In this document: positions 50,672 through 60,851 of the stretch, piece by piece
Position numbering within the stretch: the first letter of the stretch is position 1
Layout: the number at the start of each line of letters is the position of its first letter
Source: Myxococcota bacterium
Lineage (GTDB): Bacteria; Myxococcota; XYA12-FULL-58-9; JABJBS01
Direction of reading: 5' to 3'
Length of the DNA: 64,000 nt
NCBI GenBank assembly: GCA_036339465.1
Contig: JAYZAY010000024.1
Coordinates: forward strand, 1-64,000
Position numbers and translations under genes: made by a program
Notes under the pieces: model-generated
The model's database searches: none
Seen by the model: only the letters and a program-made list of their open reading frames with translations
Told to the model about the DNA's origin: nothing

Positions 50672-50778
50672 TTGGTCGATTCGGGGCTAATTAGAGCGGC
50701 CTGAGCTTGTACTTTGTCCACGCACCTCCTAATAGAATGGCCATCCAGTACTGAAACCCTCGAGTGGAGACTCTAGAA

Positions 50779-53457
50779 ATGAAAGACGCAACTCCCCGGC
50801 CAACTTATCTCAGTGACTATCGGGAACCCCATTATTTCATTGATGAGGTTGAGCTTCGTTTTGACCTTCATGAAAAAGAGAGCTTTGTTGATGCGACCAT
50901 CGCTTTTCGAAAAAACGACAAAGAGCCCGATCCGCATCCTTTGGTTCTGAATGGAGAGGGTCTTGAGCTTTTGATGTTGGCAATCAACGACATCCCCTTA
51001 GGTGAAGACCAATACTCGGTGACCTCCGAACTCCTAGAGATCCCCGAAGTACCCCAAGCGACTTTTACGCTTCGATCTCGGGTGCGTATCCATCCAGAAA
51101 AAAATACGAGTCTCGAAGGCCTTTATAAATCAGGTACCATGTTTTGCACGCAATGCGAGGCGCAAGGTTTTCGAAATATCACCTATTTCTTAGACCGTCC
51201 TGATGTCATGGCGAAGTATCGAACCACGATTGTCGCAGATAAAAACAAATACCCCGTGTTGTTGTCCAATGGTAACCCAGTGGACAAGGGGGGGACCGAA
51301 GATGGACGCCATTTCGTTACGTGGGAGGATCCGTTTAAGAAACCAGCCTATCTTTTTGCACTGGTCGCTGGGGATCTGTATTGCCATTCAGGCACCTACA
51401 AAACGAAGGGAGGGCGCCATGTAGCCCTTGAAATATTCGTGGAACATACCGACGCGAATAAGTGTGAACACGCCCTCTATTCTCTGATCGAGTCCATGCG
51501 ATGGGATGAAGAAGTTTTCGACCTTGAGTATGACCTCGATATTTACATGATTGTGGCTGTCAACGATTTCAACTTCGGTGCCATGGAGAATAAAGGTCTC
51601 AATATATTCAACGCTAAATATGTTTTGGCGCGTCCAGAGACAGCCACCGATTCCGATTATGCAGGGATCCTCGGGGTGATTGGCCACGAATATTTTCACA
51701 ATTGGACAGGCAACCGAGTTACATGTCGCGATTGGTTCCAACTTAGTTTGAAGGAAGGTTTGACCGTTTTTAGGGACCAGGAGTTTTCGTCGGATATGAC
51801 CTCGCGGGCCGTTAAACGGATCCAGGAAGTTAACTATTTGAGAAAATATCAATTCCCTGAAGATGCTGGTCCCATGGCCCATCCCATTCGTCCGGATAGC
51901 TATATTGAGATTAATAATTTTTATACCTCGACTGTCTACAATAAGGGAGCAGAGATTATTCGAATGCTTCACACCATTGTGGGTAAAGAGAATTTTCATA
52001 AGGGGATGAAGCTCTATTTCCAACGGCATGACGGTCAAGCGGTGACCACCGAAGATTTTGTGGGGGCTATGGCGGATGCTTCCGATGTGGATATGACTCA
52101 ATTTAAGCGGTGGTATTGTCAGGCAGGCACACCGAAGGTCACTGTCTCCTATAGTTTTCAGCCAACCAAAGGTGTCGTGAAACTCGAACTTCAACAAGAG
52201 GGAACGCCGACCCCCGGCCAGCCAGAAAAAGAAAATTATGTTATTCCGGTGAAGATTGGCTTTGTCCAGGCTGAAGGCGGTAGTGCCGCTTGGTCGGCGA
52301 TGCAAACCGGTGATGAAATTTGGAGCGAGGTTGAACACGAGCACCTTGTTCTCCTGACCGAAGCGACGACCACGCTTGTATTTAGAGGCTTTTCAGGAAA
52401 GGTCGTGCCCTCCCTATTTCGAGACTTTTCGGCACCCGTGCATGTGGAATGTCCCTATTCAGAAGACGATCTGGCTCTCTTGATGCAATCTGATAGCGAC
52501 TCGTTCAACCGGTGGGAGGCCGCGCAGAAAATGGCGACCGCCCAGATTGTCGCTCTGACCGATGAGCTGGATAAGCCAGATACGAAACTACCCTCCCCCA
52601 CCTTTCTAGATGCCTTTGGGGCATTGGTGAAGCAGGGATTGGATGAGGTGACCGACCCATTGCTTTTGGCGGAGATGTTGGAATTACCGTCGGTGGCGTA
52701 TGTCTTTGACTTGTGCCCGCATATTCCCATTCATCTGATTCACTCGGCGCGAGAGCGTTTGAGGTTAAGGTTTGCACAACATTCGGTGACCGATTTTAAA
52801 GAGGTCTATGAATATTGTGTTTGGGATGGAGAATACACGTTCAATTCGAAAGAGGCTGGGCGCCGTGCTTTGTTAAATAAATCTTTGAGTTATTGGGTGG
52901 CCACAGGGGATCCCGAGGCAGCGAAGGCAGCGAAGGCGCAATTTGAGAATGCAAACAATATGACAGACCAGATTGGGGCGTTGGGTGCTTTGAATAACAA
53001 CGATAGCTCGGAGCGAGAAGCCGTTTTCGATTCGTTTTATGGGACTTGGTCAAAGGAACCCTTGGTCTTGGATAAGTGGTTCGTTTTACAAGCAACTTCG
53101 AGCCGTGAAAATACCTTCGAGGTGGTCGAGAAACTCACAAACCATGAGGATTTTGACCGTCGTAATCCAAATAGGGTCCGTTCTCTACTCGGCGCATTTA
53201 GTCTCGAAAATCTCTACCATTTTCATCGTGACGATGGTGGGGGATACCGTCTTTTGGCCAACGAGATTAAGACGCTGAATGGTATCAACCCCCAGGTTGC
53301 AGGACGTCTAAGCAGGGCATTTGGTGTTTATCCAAAACTTGACGAAAACCGCCGAACCCTTCTTAAGGAAGTGCTCGTCGATCTTTTGAAGGTCGACGAT
53401 TTATCGAAGGATGTTTTTGAGATTGTCAAAAAGACTCTAGAAAGTTGCCCTTCTTAG
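50779..53457 (+). CDS. pepN: Aminopeptidase N
   Basis: TQCEAQGFR, GAMENKGLN, HEYFHNW...LKEG, NFYTSTVY, NPNRVRSL. Confidence 0.97.
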   Translation: MKDATPRPTYLSDYREPHYFIDEVELRFDLHEKESFVDATIAFRKNDKEPDPHPLVLNGEGLELLMLAINDIPLGEDQYSVTSELLEIPEVPQATFTLRSRVRIHPEKNTSLEGLYKSGTMFCTQCEAQGFRNITYFLDRPDVMAKYRTTIVADKNKYPVLLSNGNPVDKGGTEDGRHFVTWEDPFKKPAYLFALVAGDLYCHSGTYKTKGGRHVALEIFVEHTDANKCEHALYSLIESMRWDEEVFDLEYDLDIYMIVAVNDFNFGAMENKGLNIFNAKYVLARPETATDSDYAGILGVIGHEYFHNWTGNRVTCRDWFQLSLKEGLTVFRDQEFSSDMTSRAVKRIQEVNYLRKYQFPEDAGPMAHPIRPDSYIEINNFYTSTVYNKGAEIIRMLHTIVGKENFHKGMKLYFQRHDGQAVTTEDFVGAMADASDVDMTQFKRWYCQAGTPKVTVSYSFQPTKGVVKLELQQEGTPTPGQPEKENYVIPVKIGFVQAEGGSAAWSAMQTGDEIWSEVEHEHLVLLTEATTTLVFRGFSGKVVPSLFRDFSAPVHVECPYSEDDLALLMQSDSDSFNRWEAAQKMATAQIVALTDELDKPDTKLPSPTFLDAFGALVKQGLDEVTDPLLLAEMLELPSVAYVFDLCPHIPIHLIHSARERLRLRFAQHSVTDFKEVYEYCVWDGEYTFNSKEAGRRALLNKSLSYWVATGDPEAAKAAKAQFENANNMTDQIGALGALNNNDSSEREAVFDSFYGTWSKEPLVLDKWFVLQATSSRENTFEVVEKLTNHEDFDRRNPNRVRSLLGAFSLENLYHFHRDDGGGYRLLANEIKTLNGINPQVAGRLSRAFGVYPKLDENRRTLLKEVLVDLLKVDDLSKDVFEIVKKTLESCPS

Positions 53458-55070
53458 GCCCAGCCGGCTCGAATGAATTCGGCGGCTTTCTCACCGATGA
53501 GAATGGATGGCGCGTTGGTATTTCCCCCTGTGATGGAGGGCATAATGGCAGCGTCAGCGACCCTTAAACCTTCGATTCCGTTGACTTTGAGAAACGGATC
53601 CACAACCGATCGTTCATCGCTTCCCATTCTGCATGTGCCTACTGGGTGATAGACCGTGCAGACCCGGTTGGGGATTTCTTTGCGAAGATTGTTTTCATCG
53701 AAAAAGCTGGGACCGGGTTCTAATTCACCATGAATGAAGTCTTTGATGTGTGCATGGTTCATGATCTCTCGTGTCAGCTTGATCCCACTAACCAAGGTTT
53801 CTAAATCATCGGGTTGGGCGAGGAAATTGGGATCGATAATAGGTGCATCCGTCGGGGAGTTGCTTCTAAGGGTGAGGGTTCCCCTGCTTTTGGGATAGAG
53901 CATGGTGGGAAGAACCGTCAGGGCGGGGCGCTTGTCTACGTTGGGGGGGCCTGGTGCATCCTGATTGGGTGCGGGGTAGGCCCAGGGTAAACTATGTAAT
54001 TGAAGGTTGGGAATAGGTTCACTTGGATTGGTCTTGATGAACGCTCCGCTCTCAAAAACCGTGCGACCGAACCAGGTTTTTCCTTTATTAAGCCATTCTT
54101 GAATCATACCCCCCAAAAAATAGAAGGCGGTTCCTCGATGGCGACATTCGGGGGCGAGGAAAGTAAGAGGGAAAAACAAATGGTCGTGCAAGTTTTGGCC
54201 GACGGGAAGGTTTTGAATGGTTTTGATGTTATGTTTTGCCAATTCAGCTTCTGGGCCCACCCCAGAGAGCATCAGGATCTGAGCGCTTCCGATGACTCCC
54301 GCACTTAGGATAACCTCTGAACGCGCTTCTACCGTCTTCTCAATGCCCTGTTGTGAGAATGTGATACCCTTGGCTTTGTTGCCCTCGATATTTACCTTTT
54401 GGACTAAGCAGTGTGTCTCAACGTGCAAATTGGGTGGAAGTACCTGACCTCTCAAGTATGATTCGGAGGTGCTATAGCGGAGTCCTTCAATGGCCGACAT
54501 CTGGTATGAAAGGGAGCCTTCTTGTTTACCTGCGTTGTAATCTTCGAGAAAGGGGACATTACAAACCGCATTAACTGATTGTACAAATGCTTCCGACACC
54601 GGGCCAATACTGGGGTGGTTACTGATTTTGACAGGGCCCGAGGTACCACGAAAATCAGATTGAGGTCCGTGATAATTCTCCAGTCGCTTATAGGCAGGAA
54701 GCACCGATTCAAAATCCCAGCCAGGACACCCATCGGCCGCCCAGTCATCAAAGTTCTGACGATTACCACGGACGAAGAGCATCCCATTGATAGCACTTGA
54801 CCCTCCGAGGCATTTGCCCCTCGTGTAGGGGATCTTGCGATTGAGTGCGTGGGTTTGGGGCTCGGTATAATAGCCCCAGTCGAATTTCTTTTTGATTTGC
54901 GGCACCGTGTGAATCACCGAGACCATTCCCGGTTGCCGGCAGAACGCGGACATATCGCTACGGCCCGCTTCCAAGAGAAGCACCTCCACATTGGGATTTT
55001 CTGCAAGCCGGGCCGCCGTTGCACACCCCGCTGAACCGGCGCCCACAACGATGTAGTCATAACTGCTCAT
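53454..55070 (-). CDS. GMC family FAD oxidoreductase (choline/alcohol dehydrogenase-like)
   Basis: VGAGSAG, GKCLGGSSAING, VGQNLHDH, YHPVGTCRMG, GNTNAP. Confidence 0.93.
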   Translation of the reverse strand: MSSYDYIVVGAGSAGCATAARLAENPNVEVLLLEAGRSDMSAFCRQPGMVSVIHTVPQIKKKFDWGYYTEPQTHALNRKIPYTRGKCLGGSSAINGMLFVRGNRQNFDDWAADGCPGWDFESVLPAYKRLENYHGPQSDFRGTSGPVKISNHPSIGPVSEAFVQSVNAVCNVPFLEDYNAGKQEGSLSYQMSAIEGLRYSTSESYLRGQVLPPNLHVETHCLVQKVNIEGNKAKGITFSQQGIEKTVEARSEVILSAGVIGSAQILMLSGVGPEAELAKHNIKTIQNLPVGQNLHDHLFFPLTFLAPECRHRGTAFYFLGGMIQEWLNKGKTWFGRTVFESGAFIKTNPSEPIPNLQLHSLPWAYPAPNQDAPGPPNVDKRPALTVLPTMLYPKSRGTLTLRSNSPTDAPIIDPNFLAQPDDLETLVSGIKLTREIMNHAHIKDFIHGELEPGPSFFDENNLRKEIPNRVCTVYHPVGTCRMGSDERSVVDPFLKVNGIEGLRVADAAIMPSITGGNTNAPSILIGEKAAEFIRAGWA

Positions 55071-55188
55071 TGTCCCCCTCCCCCTTTAGGTTTTGACCGC
55101 CTACCGGAAAAAAGTCAAAACTAGAACATGTTCTATGCGGTCAGAAGAGCAATGGCAAGGAGCAAAGCGAAGTCCGCGTATGCCTTTG

Positions 55189-55842
55189 CTAAACCGCTGA
55201 CCAGCCACTTTGCGTGGTCAAGTGCCATAAGGGTGGCGGAATGTGAGACAGATCGCCGATGTTTTCTACATAGAGGCGGTCGTCTTTGGCCAGCAGGCGA
55301 TGAACGCTGGTATTTCTAATCAGAAAACGTGTGGGTTGTTCCAGTGGGATGCCCAAGACGTGTTTGAGTAGGATCCGCAACCAGCCGCCATGGGTGACAC
55401 AAGCGACAGTCTGTTCTGGGTGGGCATGGGTCGTTTCTTTGATGAAGTTTAGAGCGCGCCCGAGTACCTCCTCAATTGTCTCTCCGCCTTCAGGGTGGGT
55501 GTTTGGGGCCCTAGCGATATAATCTGTCCAGGCGTGGGGATATTTTGCTTGGTTTTCCGCTTTCGTGTTTCCTTCCAATACACCCATGCAACGTTCGCGA
55601 AGCCGGGCATCCTCAGTGATGGTCAACCCGATGCGTTTTGCAATGGGCGACATGGTTTGCAGGGCCCGTTGGAGGTCACTGCTGTAAAGGGCATCGACTT
55701 CATGCCAGTGGTTTCGGTTGGCGAGATGGACCGCTTGGGACTTGCCTGTTTCATTGAGGTTACTATTTAGATGTCCTTGGATTCTACCTTCTTCGTTCCA
55801 GAGGGTATAGCCATGTCGGATGAGGTATAGGGTGGTGGTCAT
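55189..55842 (-). CDS. Histidine phosphatase (phosphoglycerate mutase family)
   Basis: LIRHG, SSDLQRALQT, LRE, VTHGG. Confidence 0.92.
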   Translation of the reverse strand: MTTTLYLIRHGYTLWNEEGRIQGHLNSNLNETGKSQAVHLANRNHWHEVDALYSSDLQRALQTMSPIAKRIGLTITEDARLRERCMGVLEGNTKAENQAKYPHAWTDYIARAPNTHPEGGETIEEVLGRALNFIKETTHAHPEQTVACVTHGGWLRILLKHVLGIPLEQPTRFLIRNTSVHRLLAKDDRLYVENIGDLSHIPPPLWHLTTQSGWSAV

Positions 55843-56303
55843 TTTTTAAAATCGCTTAGGCTAGGTTCATGGTAAAACTTCTGGGTTCGTTAAAAAACGA
55901 ATAATACTTGTGAAGTAAAGTAGCCAAAAAAAACGCCATTTTAAAGGTGATTAGGGTTAATCTCACAAAAGAGAAGGTTCAAGTTCTTAAGCTTAAGGCC
56001 CCAGAAAAGGTGCCAGACAGTTTTTGGGGTGAAGCAGAGGACCCGGAAAAAAATAGGAAAAAAATAGCAGCTTATTTAGCAAATGGACCCATTTCTTTGG
56101 CTAGCCCATAACCCTCACAGCAACAGAGGTCTTTGAGGCGCCTGAAAAATACCACGCCTGTGGCGAGAGGCTGGCCCTAAGGGGCCAGTGTCATGCTCTT
56201 TGCCCATTGTATGAATAGATTCCTAGAGAAGTTCATTGTGGAGATGACTTGTTCTTTTGCCGTACTTGGGATTAGTAAGGCCCCCTTAAATGGGAGGCGT
56301 GTG

Positions 56304-58466
56304 ATGATTAATAAATCTTCATTTTTGTGGATTGGTGTGGCTTTATTGGGAACGGGATGTCTGTCTGCGAAAATACGGCCTGTGTCTCCAGAGCTGTCGA
56401 TAAGGAAGGAAGGCCCAATGTATCCCCTTGCAAAACAGGTGAAATCAGAGACCATACTTCATGGTAATCTTCGAAACGATCCCTATGCTTGGCTTCGTCA
56501 AAAGAAGAGTCCTGAGACCCTTGGTTATCTGAAAAACGAAAACACCTACACCCAAGAAGTGATGAAGCCTACGGAGGGCTTTCAGGTAAAGCTCTATGAG
56601 GAGATGCTGGGGCGTATTGTTGAAGACGATGCCACGGTTCCTTATCGGTATGGTGAATATGAGTATTACAATCGTACTGTTGAAGGAAAAGCTTATACGA
56701 TTTACTGCCGTAAGAAATTAACGCCAGAGGGCCAGGAAGAGATTATTTTAGACCTCAACGAGTTTGGGGCTAAGCATAAATACGTTAGCTTGGGGGCCTT
56801 TGCGGTTAGTCCTAACCACCAATTGTTGGCTTTTTCCATCGATACTTCGGGCTATGAAAGACACGACTTACGCATTAAGGATCTCAAAACCGGTGAGTAT
56901 TTCGAGGAAGTGGTGCCCAATACCTATTACAGCTTAGCCTGGGGAGATGACCAAACTCTATTTTATGACACCGTAGACCAAGCAAATCGCCCCTATCGTG
57001 TTCATCGGCACCGGTTGAACACTTCTCCGGATAAGGATTCGGTTATTCTTGAGGAAAAAGACGACCGTTTCTTTGTTACTCTGGAGCGGAGTCGAAGCGG
57101 AGAATTTGTTTTGATTTCATCCGATAGTGCCATCACAAGTGAAGTTCGAGTCATTGCCACCAAGACTCCCGAAATGAAACCTCGCTTGGTTGTTCCGAGA
57201 GTTCAAGGGGTGGAATACTCGGTGGAGCACCACGGTGAACATTTCTATGTGCTCACCAATGAAAATGCGACGAACTTTAAACTGATTAGGATGTCTCAAT
57301 ATGCGACCACTCTTGATGAGGGTGAGGTCATTTTGGCCGAAGACCAAGAGATTACCCGCAATCGTGTATCGGCGTTTGAAAAATTCTTGGTTATTTACCA
57401 ACGTCACGAGGGTCTTCCCGAACTGGAAATACGTCCATTGGATAAGTTTGAAAGCCCGAGGGTGGTTGAGTTCGATGATGCGTCTTACAGTGTATGGCTA
57501 GGTACCAATCCTGAGTTTTTTACAGACTCTTTTCGTTATGGCTACACGTCTTTTGTCCAACCTTCTGCCACCTACGAAATTAATCTGACCACTTTTGACC
57601 GAAAATTGCTTAAGGAGAAGCCTGTAAGAGACTTTGACCCAAGTCTCTACGGAACTAAGCGGGTGATGGCCACGGCATCAGATGGGGTGAAGGTGCCCGT
57701 TTCCATGGTTTATCGTAAGGGGATCGACCTACACGGCGACAACCCTATGGTTCTTTATGGATATGGCGCCTATGGGAGCTCCTATGATGCTTATTTTAGC
57801 TCCAATTGGATTTCTCTTTTGAACCGGGGCGTGATGATTGGAATCGCACATATTCGCGGGGGTGGTGAGTTTGGCCGTCGATGGAAAAATGACGGAAAGC
57901 TCAAAAAGAAAATGAATACTTTTACCGACTTTATTGCGTGTGCAGAACACCTGATTGAAAAGGGGTATACCAGTTCATCGAAGTTGGTTATTCAGGGGGA
58001 GAGTGCGGGTGGGTTGCTGATTGGTGCGGTCTTGAATATGCGACCGAAGCTTTTCAAAGCCGCCGTTGCTGGGGTTCCTTTTGTCGATGTTGTTAACACC
58101 ATGCTTGATGAGACAATCCCGCTGACCGCAATTGAATGGGAAGAATGGGGCAACCCCAACAATATTGAAGATTATGAAACGATTCTAAGGTATTCACCCT
58201 ATGATAATGTGAGCGTCAAGGACTACCCTGCTATTTTGGTGTTGGCTGGATTGAATGACCCAAGGGTACACTATTGGGAGCCGGCGAAGTGGACGGCAAA
58301 GTTGAGAGCCCATAAGACCGACCAGAACGTGCTTCTCCTAAAAACCAATATGGGCGCTGGTCACGGTGGAGCATCCGGGCGATACGGACGCCTTAAAGAA
58401 CAGGCATTCGAGTTTACGTTTATGCTGAAAGAACTAGATCTTCTGAAGGTGGGGGCTTCTTCCTAA
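56304..58466 (+). CDS. ptrB: Oligopeptidase B (S9A), with a putative lipoprotein signal
   Basis: DPYAWLR, GYGAYG, HIRGGGE, GESAGG (Ser), NDPRVHYWEPAKW, AGHGG; N-terminal LLGTGC lipobox. Confidence 0.93.
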   Translation: MINKSSFLWIGVALLGTGCLSAKIRPVSPELSIRKEGPMYPLAKQVKSETILHGNLRNDPYAWLRQKKSPETLGYLKNENTYTQEVMKPTEGFQVKLYEEMLGRIVEDDATVPYRYGEYEYYNRTVEGKAYTIYCRKKLTPEGQEEIILDLNEFGAKHKYVSLGAFAVSPNHQLLAFSIDTSGYERHDLRIKDLKTGEYFEEVVPNTYYSLAWGDDQTLFYDTVDQANRPYRVHRHRLNTSPDKDSVILEEKDDRFFVTLERSRSGEFVLISSDSAITSEVRVIATKTPEMKPRLVVPRVQGVEYSVEHHGEHFYVLTNENATNFKLIRMSQYATTLDEGEVILAEDQEITRNRVSAFEKFLVIYQRHEGLPELEIRPLDKFESPRVVEFDDASYSVWLGTNPEFFTDSFRYGYTSFVQPSATYEINLTTFDRKLLKEKPVRDFDPSLYGTKRVMATASDGVKVPVSMVYRKGIDLHGDNPMVLYGYGAYGSSYDAYFSSNWISLLNRGVMIGIAHIRGGGEFGRRWKNDGKLKKKMNTFTDFIACAEHLIEKGYTSSSKLVIQGESAGGLLIGAVLNMRPKLFKAAVAGVPFVDVVNTMLDETIPLTAIEWEEWGNPNNIEDYETILRYSPYDNVSVKDYPAILVLAGLNDPRVHYWEPAKWTAKLRAHKTDQNVLLLKTNMGAGHGGASGRYGRLKEQAFEFTFMLKELDLLKVGASS

Positions 58467-58518
58467 GCCAACGGGATGTCAGCCAGCAAGGGGATGTTTC
58501 TTTTTTTTCGAGAATGTC

Positions 58519-59829
58519 TTAAAAGCGCCAGTAGAGCCCCAGAAAATAGGGTTGAAGATGAAAGAGAACACGGAAGCGATCGGTGGCTGCGATCATGATT
58601 CCGAAATCGATGCCCATGCCCTTGGCGCCGGTAATGTGGTTCCTAAAATCTGGGTCATAGAACACCTCCCCAAGGATTTTGAAATACTTTGAAAGGTCGA
58701 GGTCGAAACCTAGGTGAAAACGGTAGGTTGGAAACGAAGTCCATTTTCTGAAGTTAAAAGAATTGTATTCGATCTGGGCGCCGGCATGTAAGCCGAAGCG
58801 CCCTCCCCTCTGAAGTAGCCAGGAAAGTGAATTGGCCACATACAGTTGAGTTTCCCACCCATAATCCTCTTTTTCGATATAGTAGGGATCTTGGTTTACA
58901 TCTTGGCTTAGGCGAGTGGTGTTTTCCATGTCTTCTGTCGAGTATGAAGAGCGGTTCGCGTAACGGGAATTTTCTTCTTCTTCGAAGTTGGTACGTCTTT
59001 TTTCATAGCCTTCCTCTTGTCCGGCTGCGTTGAAGAATGTGTGATGATTGCCATTATACGTAAAGGTCTGAGAGCGAATCCCAACCGCGATGCCATGCTC
59101 AACCTTATTGCCTCGACTGAAATAGGGTTGCCACTTGAGTTCTATATTGGGATTCAGGTTTTGGGTCTCGTTAAGTCCAACGAGGGTGACAAGGTTTAGA
59201 GAGAGCAATGTGGTGTCGGTTAGGCCATAAGCGAGGGAGAGACCACTCAAATAGATATCACCGGATTCGAAGACATAGGCGGTGGGGTCGAAGAAGATAT
59301 CAATAAGGGGTTCGATGGTGTGGCTGAAGGTCTCCCGCGACTCCTTTTCAAGCACGGTGCTGCCCTCTGGCAGCAAAATGTTAAGCAGCCCTCCAGGTTG
59401 AGCGGTCTTTGTGGGTGTTGCTTGGGGCTTGTCTTGACTGTTGGGATAATAGAACTTGAAGGATGCGATTTTACTTGTGGGAACGGTTAGTTTTCCAAGA
59501 CTTGATTGGAGGACAAATGCTTCGTTGGTTTGTTTTAGTAATTCCCCCCTGAGCAAAGAACCATCGGACAGTTTTAGGAGGACGTGGGGTTTCGCCATCT
59601 TATCCACAGGGATCTTAAGTTCTCCGAGTTCCGATTCTATCAGCCAGTGGGTCTCGGTTCTCTCCTTAACCACGCCCCGAACAATATTACCGTCCTTTAG
59701 TTTGATGGTTTCTTGAATTGGGTCAGAACCGGTTGTGGGGGCGGCTGTATTCGCATCCTGCGCGAAGGCACCGTTACACCAAAGAAGAATCGTCATGACG
59801 AGGGGTGCGCGTAATTTTACCATGCCCAT
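58519..59829 (-). CDS. Hypothetical exported protein with two N-terminal beta-rich repeats and a probable C-terminal outer-membrane beta-barrel
   Basis: Signal peptide ending AFA; repeats IKLKDGNIVRG.../LKLSDGSLLRG...; alternating aromatic strands; C-terminal LYWRF beta-signal. Confidence 0.65.
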   Translation of the reverse strand: MGMVKLRAPLVMTILLWCNGAFAQDANTAAPTTGSDPIQETIKLKDGNIVRGVVKERTETHWLIESELGELKIPVDKMAKPHVLLKLSDGSLLRGELLKQTNEAFVLQSSLGKLTVPTSKIASFKFYYPNSQDKPQATPTKTAQPGGLLNILLPEGSTVLEKESRETFSHTIEPLIDIFFDPTAYVFESGDIYLSGLSLAYGLTDTTLLSLNLVTLVGLNETQNLNPNIELKWQPYFSRGNKVEHGIAVGIRSQTFTYNGNHHTFFNAAGQEEGYEKRRTNFEEEENSRYANRSSYSTEDMENTTRLSQDVNQDPYYIEKEDYGWETQLYVANSLSWLLQRGGRFGLHAGAQIEYNSFNFRKWTSFPTYRFHLGFDLDLSKYFKILGEVFYDPDFRNHITGAKGMGIDFGIMIAATDRFRVLFHLQPYFLGLYWRF

Positions 59830-59983
59830 GTAGATAATCCTTTTTTGGACGCCACGCTAACAAAGGTTTTTGACTGAAGCAAATAGGGTCTTGGCAGGAC
59901 TGTGTCTTCTGCGTTGGAAACCTGAAAATCCCCCCAATAAACCAGCCTTTCGGTTTTTCTTTAACCGTGATTAAAATGTCTTT

Positions 59984-60709
59984 ATGGAGGTGTTACTTGC
60001 GGCTACCATTGTCTTTTGTGCTGCCAGCGTTCAGGGGGCTATTGGTTTCGGAGCAGGTCTGATTGCCATCGCATTCTTACCCCTCTTTTGGGAGGTGCCC
60101 TATGTTGTAGCGGTGCTAAGTCCGGTGAGTGTGGTTTTGACCGGGAGCCTTGTTTTTCAGCTCCGCAAGCATGTGGAGTTTGGAGATGTTCGAGGTCTAC
60201 TCTGGCCTATGCCCTTGGGGGTGGGCGTGGGGCTCTGGGCCCTATCTCATTGGTCGGAGTTTGGTTTAAGGGCCTGTCTCGGACTCTTACTTTTAAGTTA
60301 TGTCCTCTTTTCTGGGTATCTTAGAAACAATCCCGGCACCGTCTCCATCATTTGGGGATATCTGGCAGGTTTTCTCGGCGGCTTTTGTGGAGGGGCCCTG
60401 AGCTCGGCGGGTCCCCCTATTTTAGTTTACGCTGCGACCTGCGGTTGGGAAAAAAACCGGTTCCGAGCAAACCTCCAGTTTTTTTTCGTTTTTACGAGTG
60501 TTTTCGGATTGGTGGGGCTCCTTTATTTGGGGTTGGTGACTTGGGAGACCGGCATCCTAAGCCTCGGTTTGATCCCCTTTGTGGTGGGCGGTGCTTGGGT
60601 GGGCGATAGAGTTGCGGCCCATTTAAACGAGCAACGTTTTCGCCGGATGGTGCTCTGGGCTTTGGGGGGCATGGGCCTTTTTTATCTTGCTCGAGCATTT
60701 TGGGGGTGA
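59984..60709 (+). CDS. Sulfite exporter TauE/SafE family membrane protein
   Basis: GAIGFGAG, GFLGGFCGGALSSAGPP, FRANL; about 8 TM helices. Confidence 0.88.
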   Translation: MEVLLAATIVFCAASVQGAIGFGAGLIAIAFLPLFWEVPYVVAVLSPVSVVLTGSLVFQLRKHVEFGDVRGLLWPMPLGVGVGLWALSHWSEFGLRACLGLLLLSYVLFSGYLRNNPGTVSIIWGYLAGFLGGFCGGALSSAGPPILVYAATCGWEKNRFRANLQFFFVFTSVFGLVGLLYLGLVTWETGILSLGLIPFVVGGAWVGDRVAAHLNEQRFRRMVLWALGGMGLFYLARAFWG

Positions 60710-60851
60710 TTTCTGTCTCGTAGGTGGTATTCGTTTTCGGCCTTGTGGTTCTTTTCCCCGGCTTTTGAGCTTCCTACGTTGACGCTTAAATTAAAGAAGG
60801 TTATCAGGGCCGCCTAAGGTTTAATTCAATATAAAACAAAGAGTTATCTTC

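Noticed and set aside
51388..52344. 318-aa antisense ORF inside pepN (and similar shadow ORFs in lysS, guaB, lepA, valS)
   Set aside because: These lie fully antisense to conserved genes, carry no motifs and are expected from codon bias.
53454..55070. Calling the GMC enzyme betA or cholesterol oxidase
   Set aside because: GMC motifs do not define the substrate, and no betB/betI/betT is nearby.
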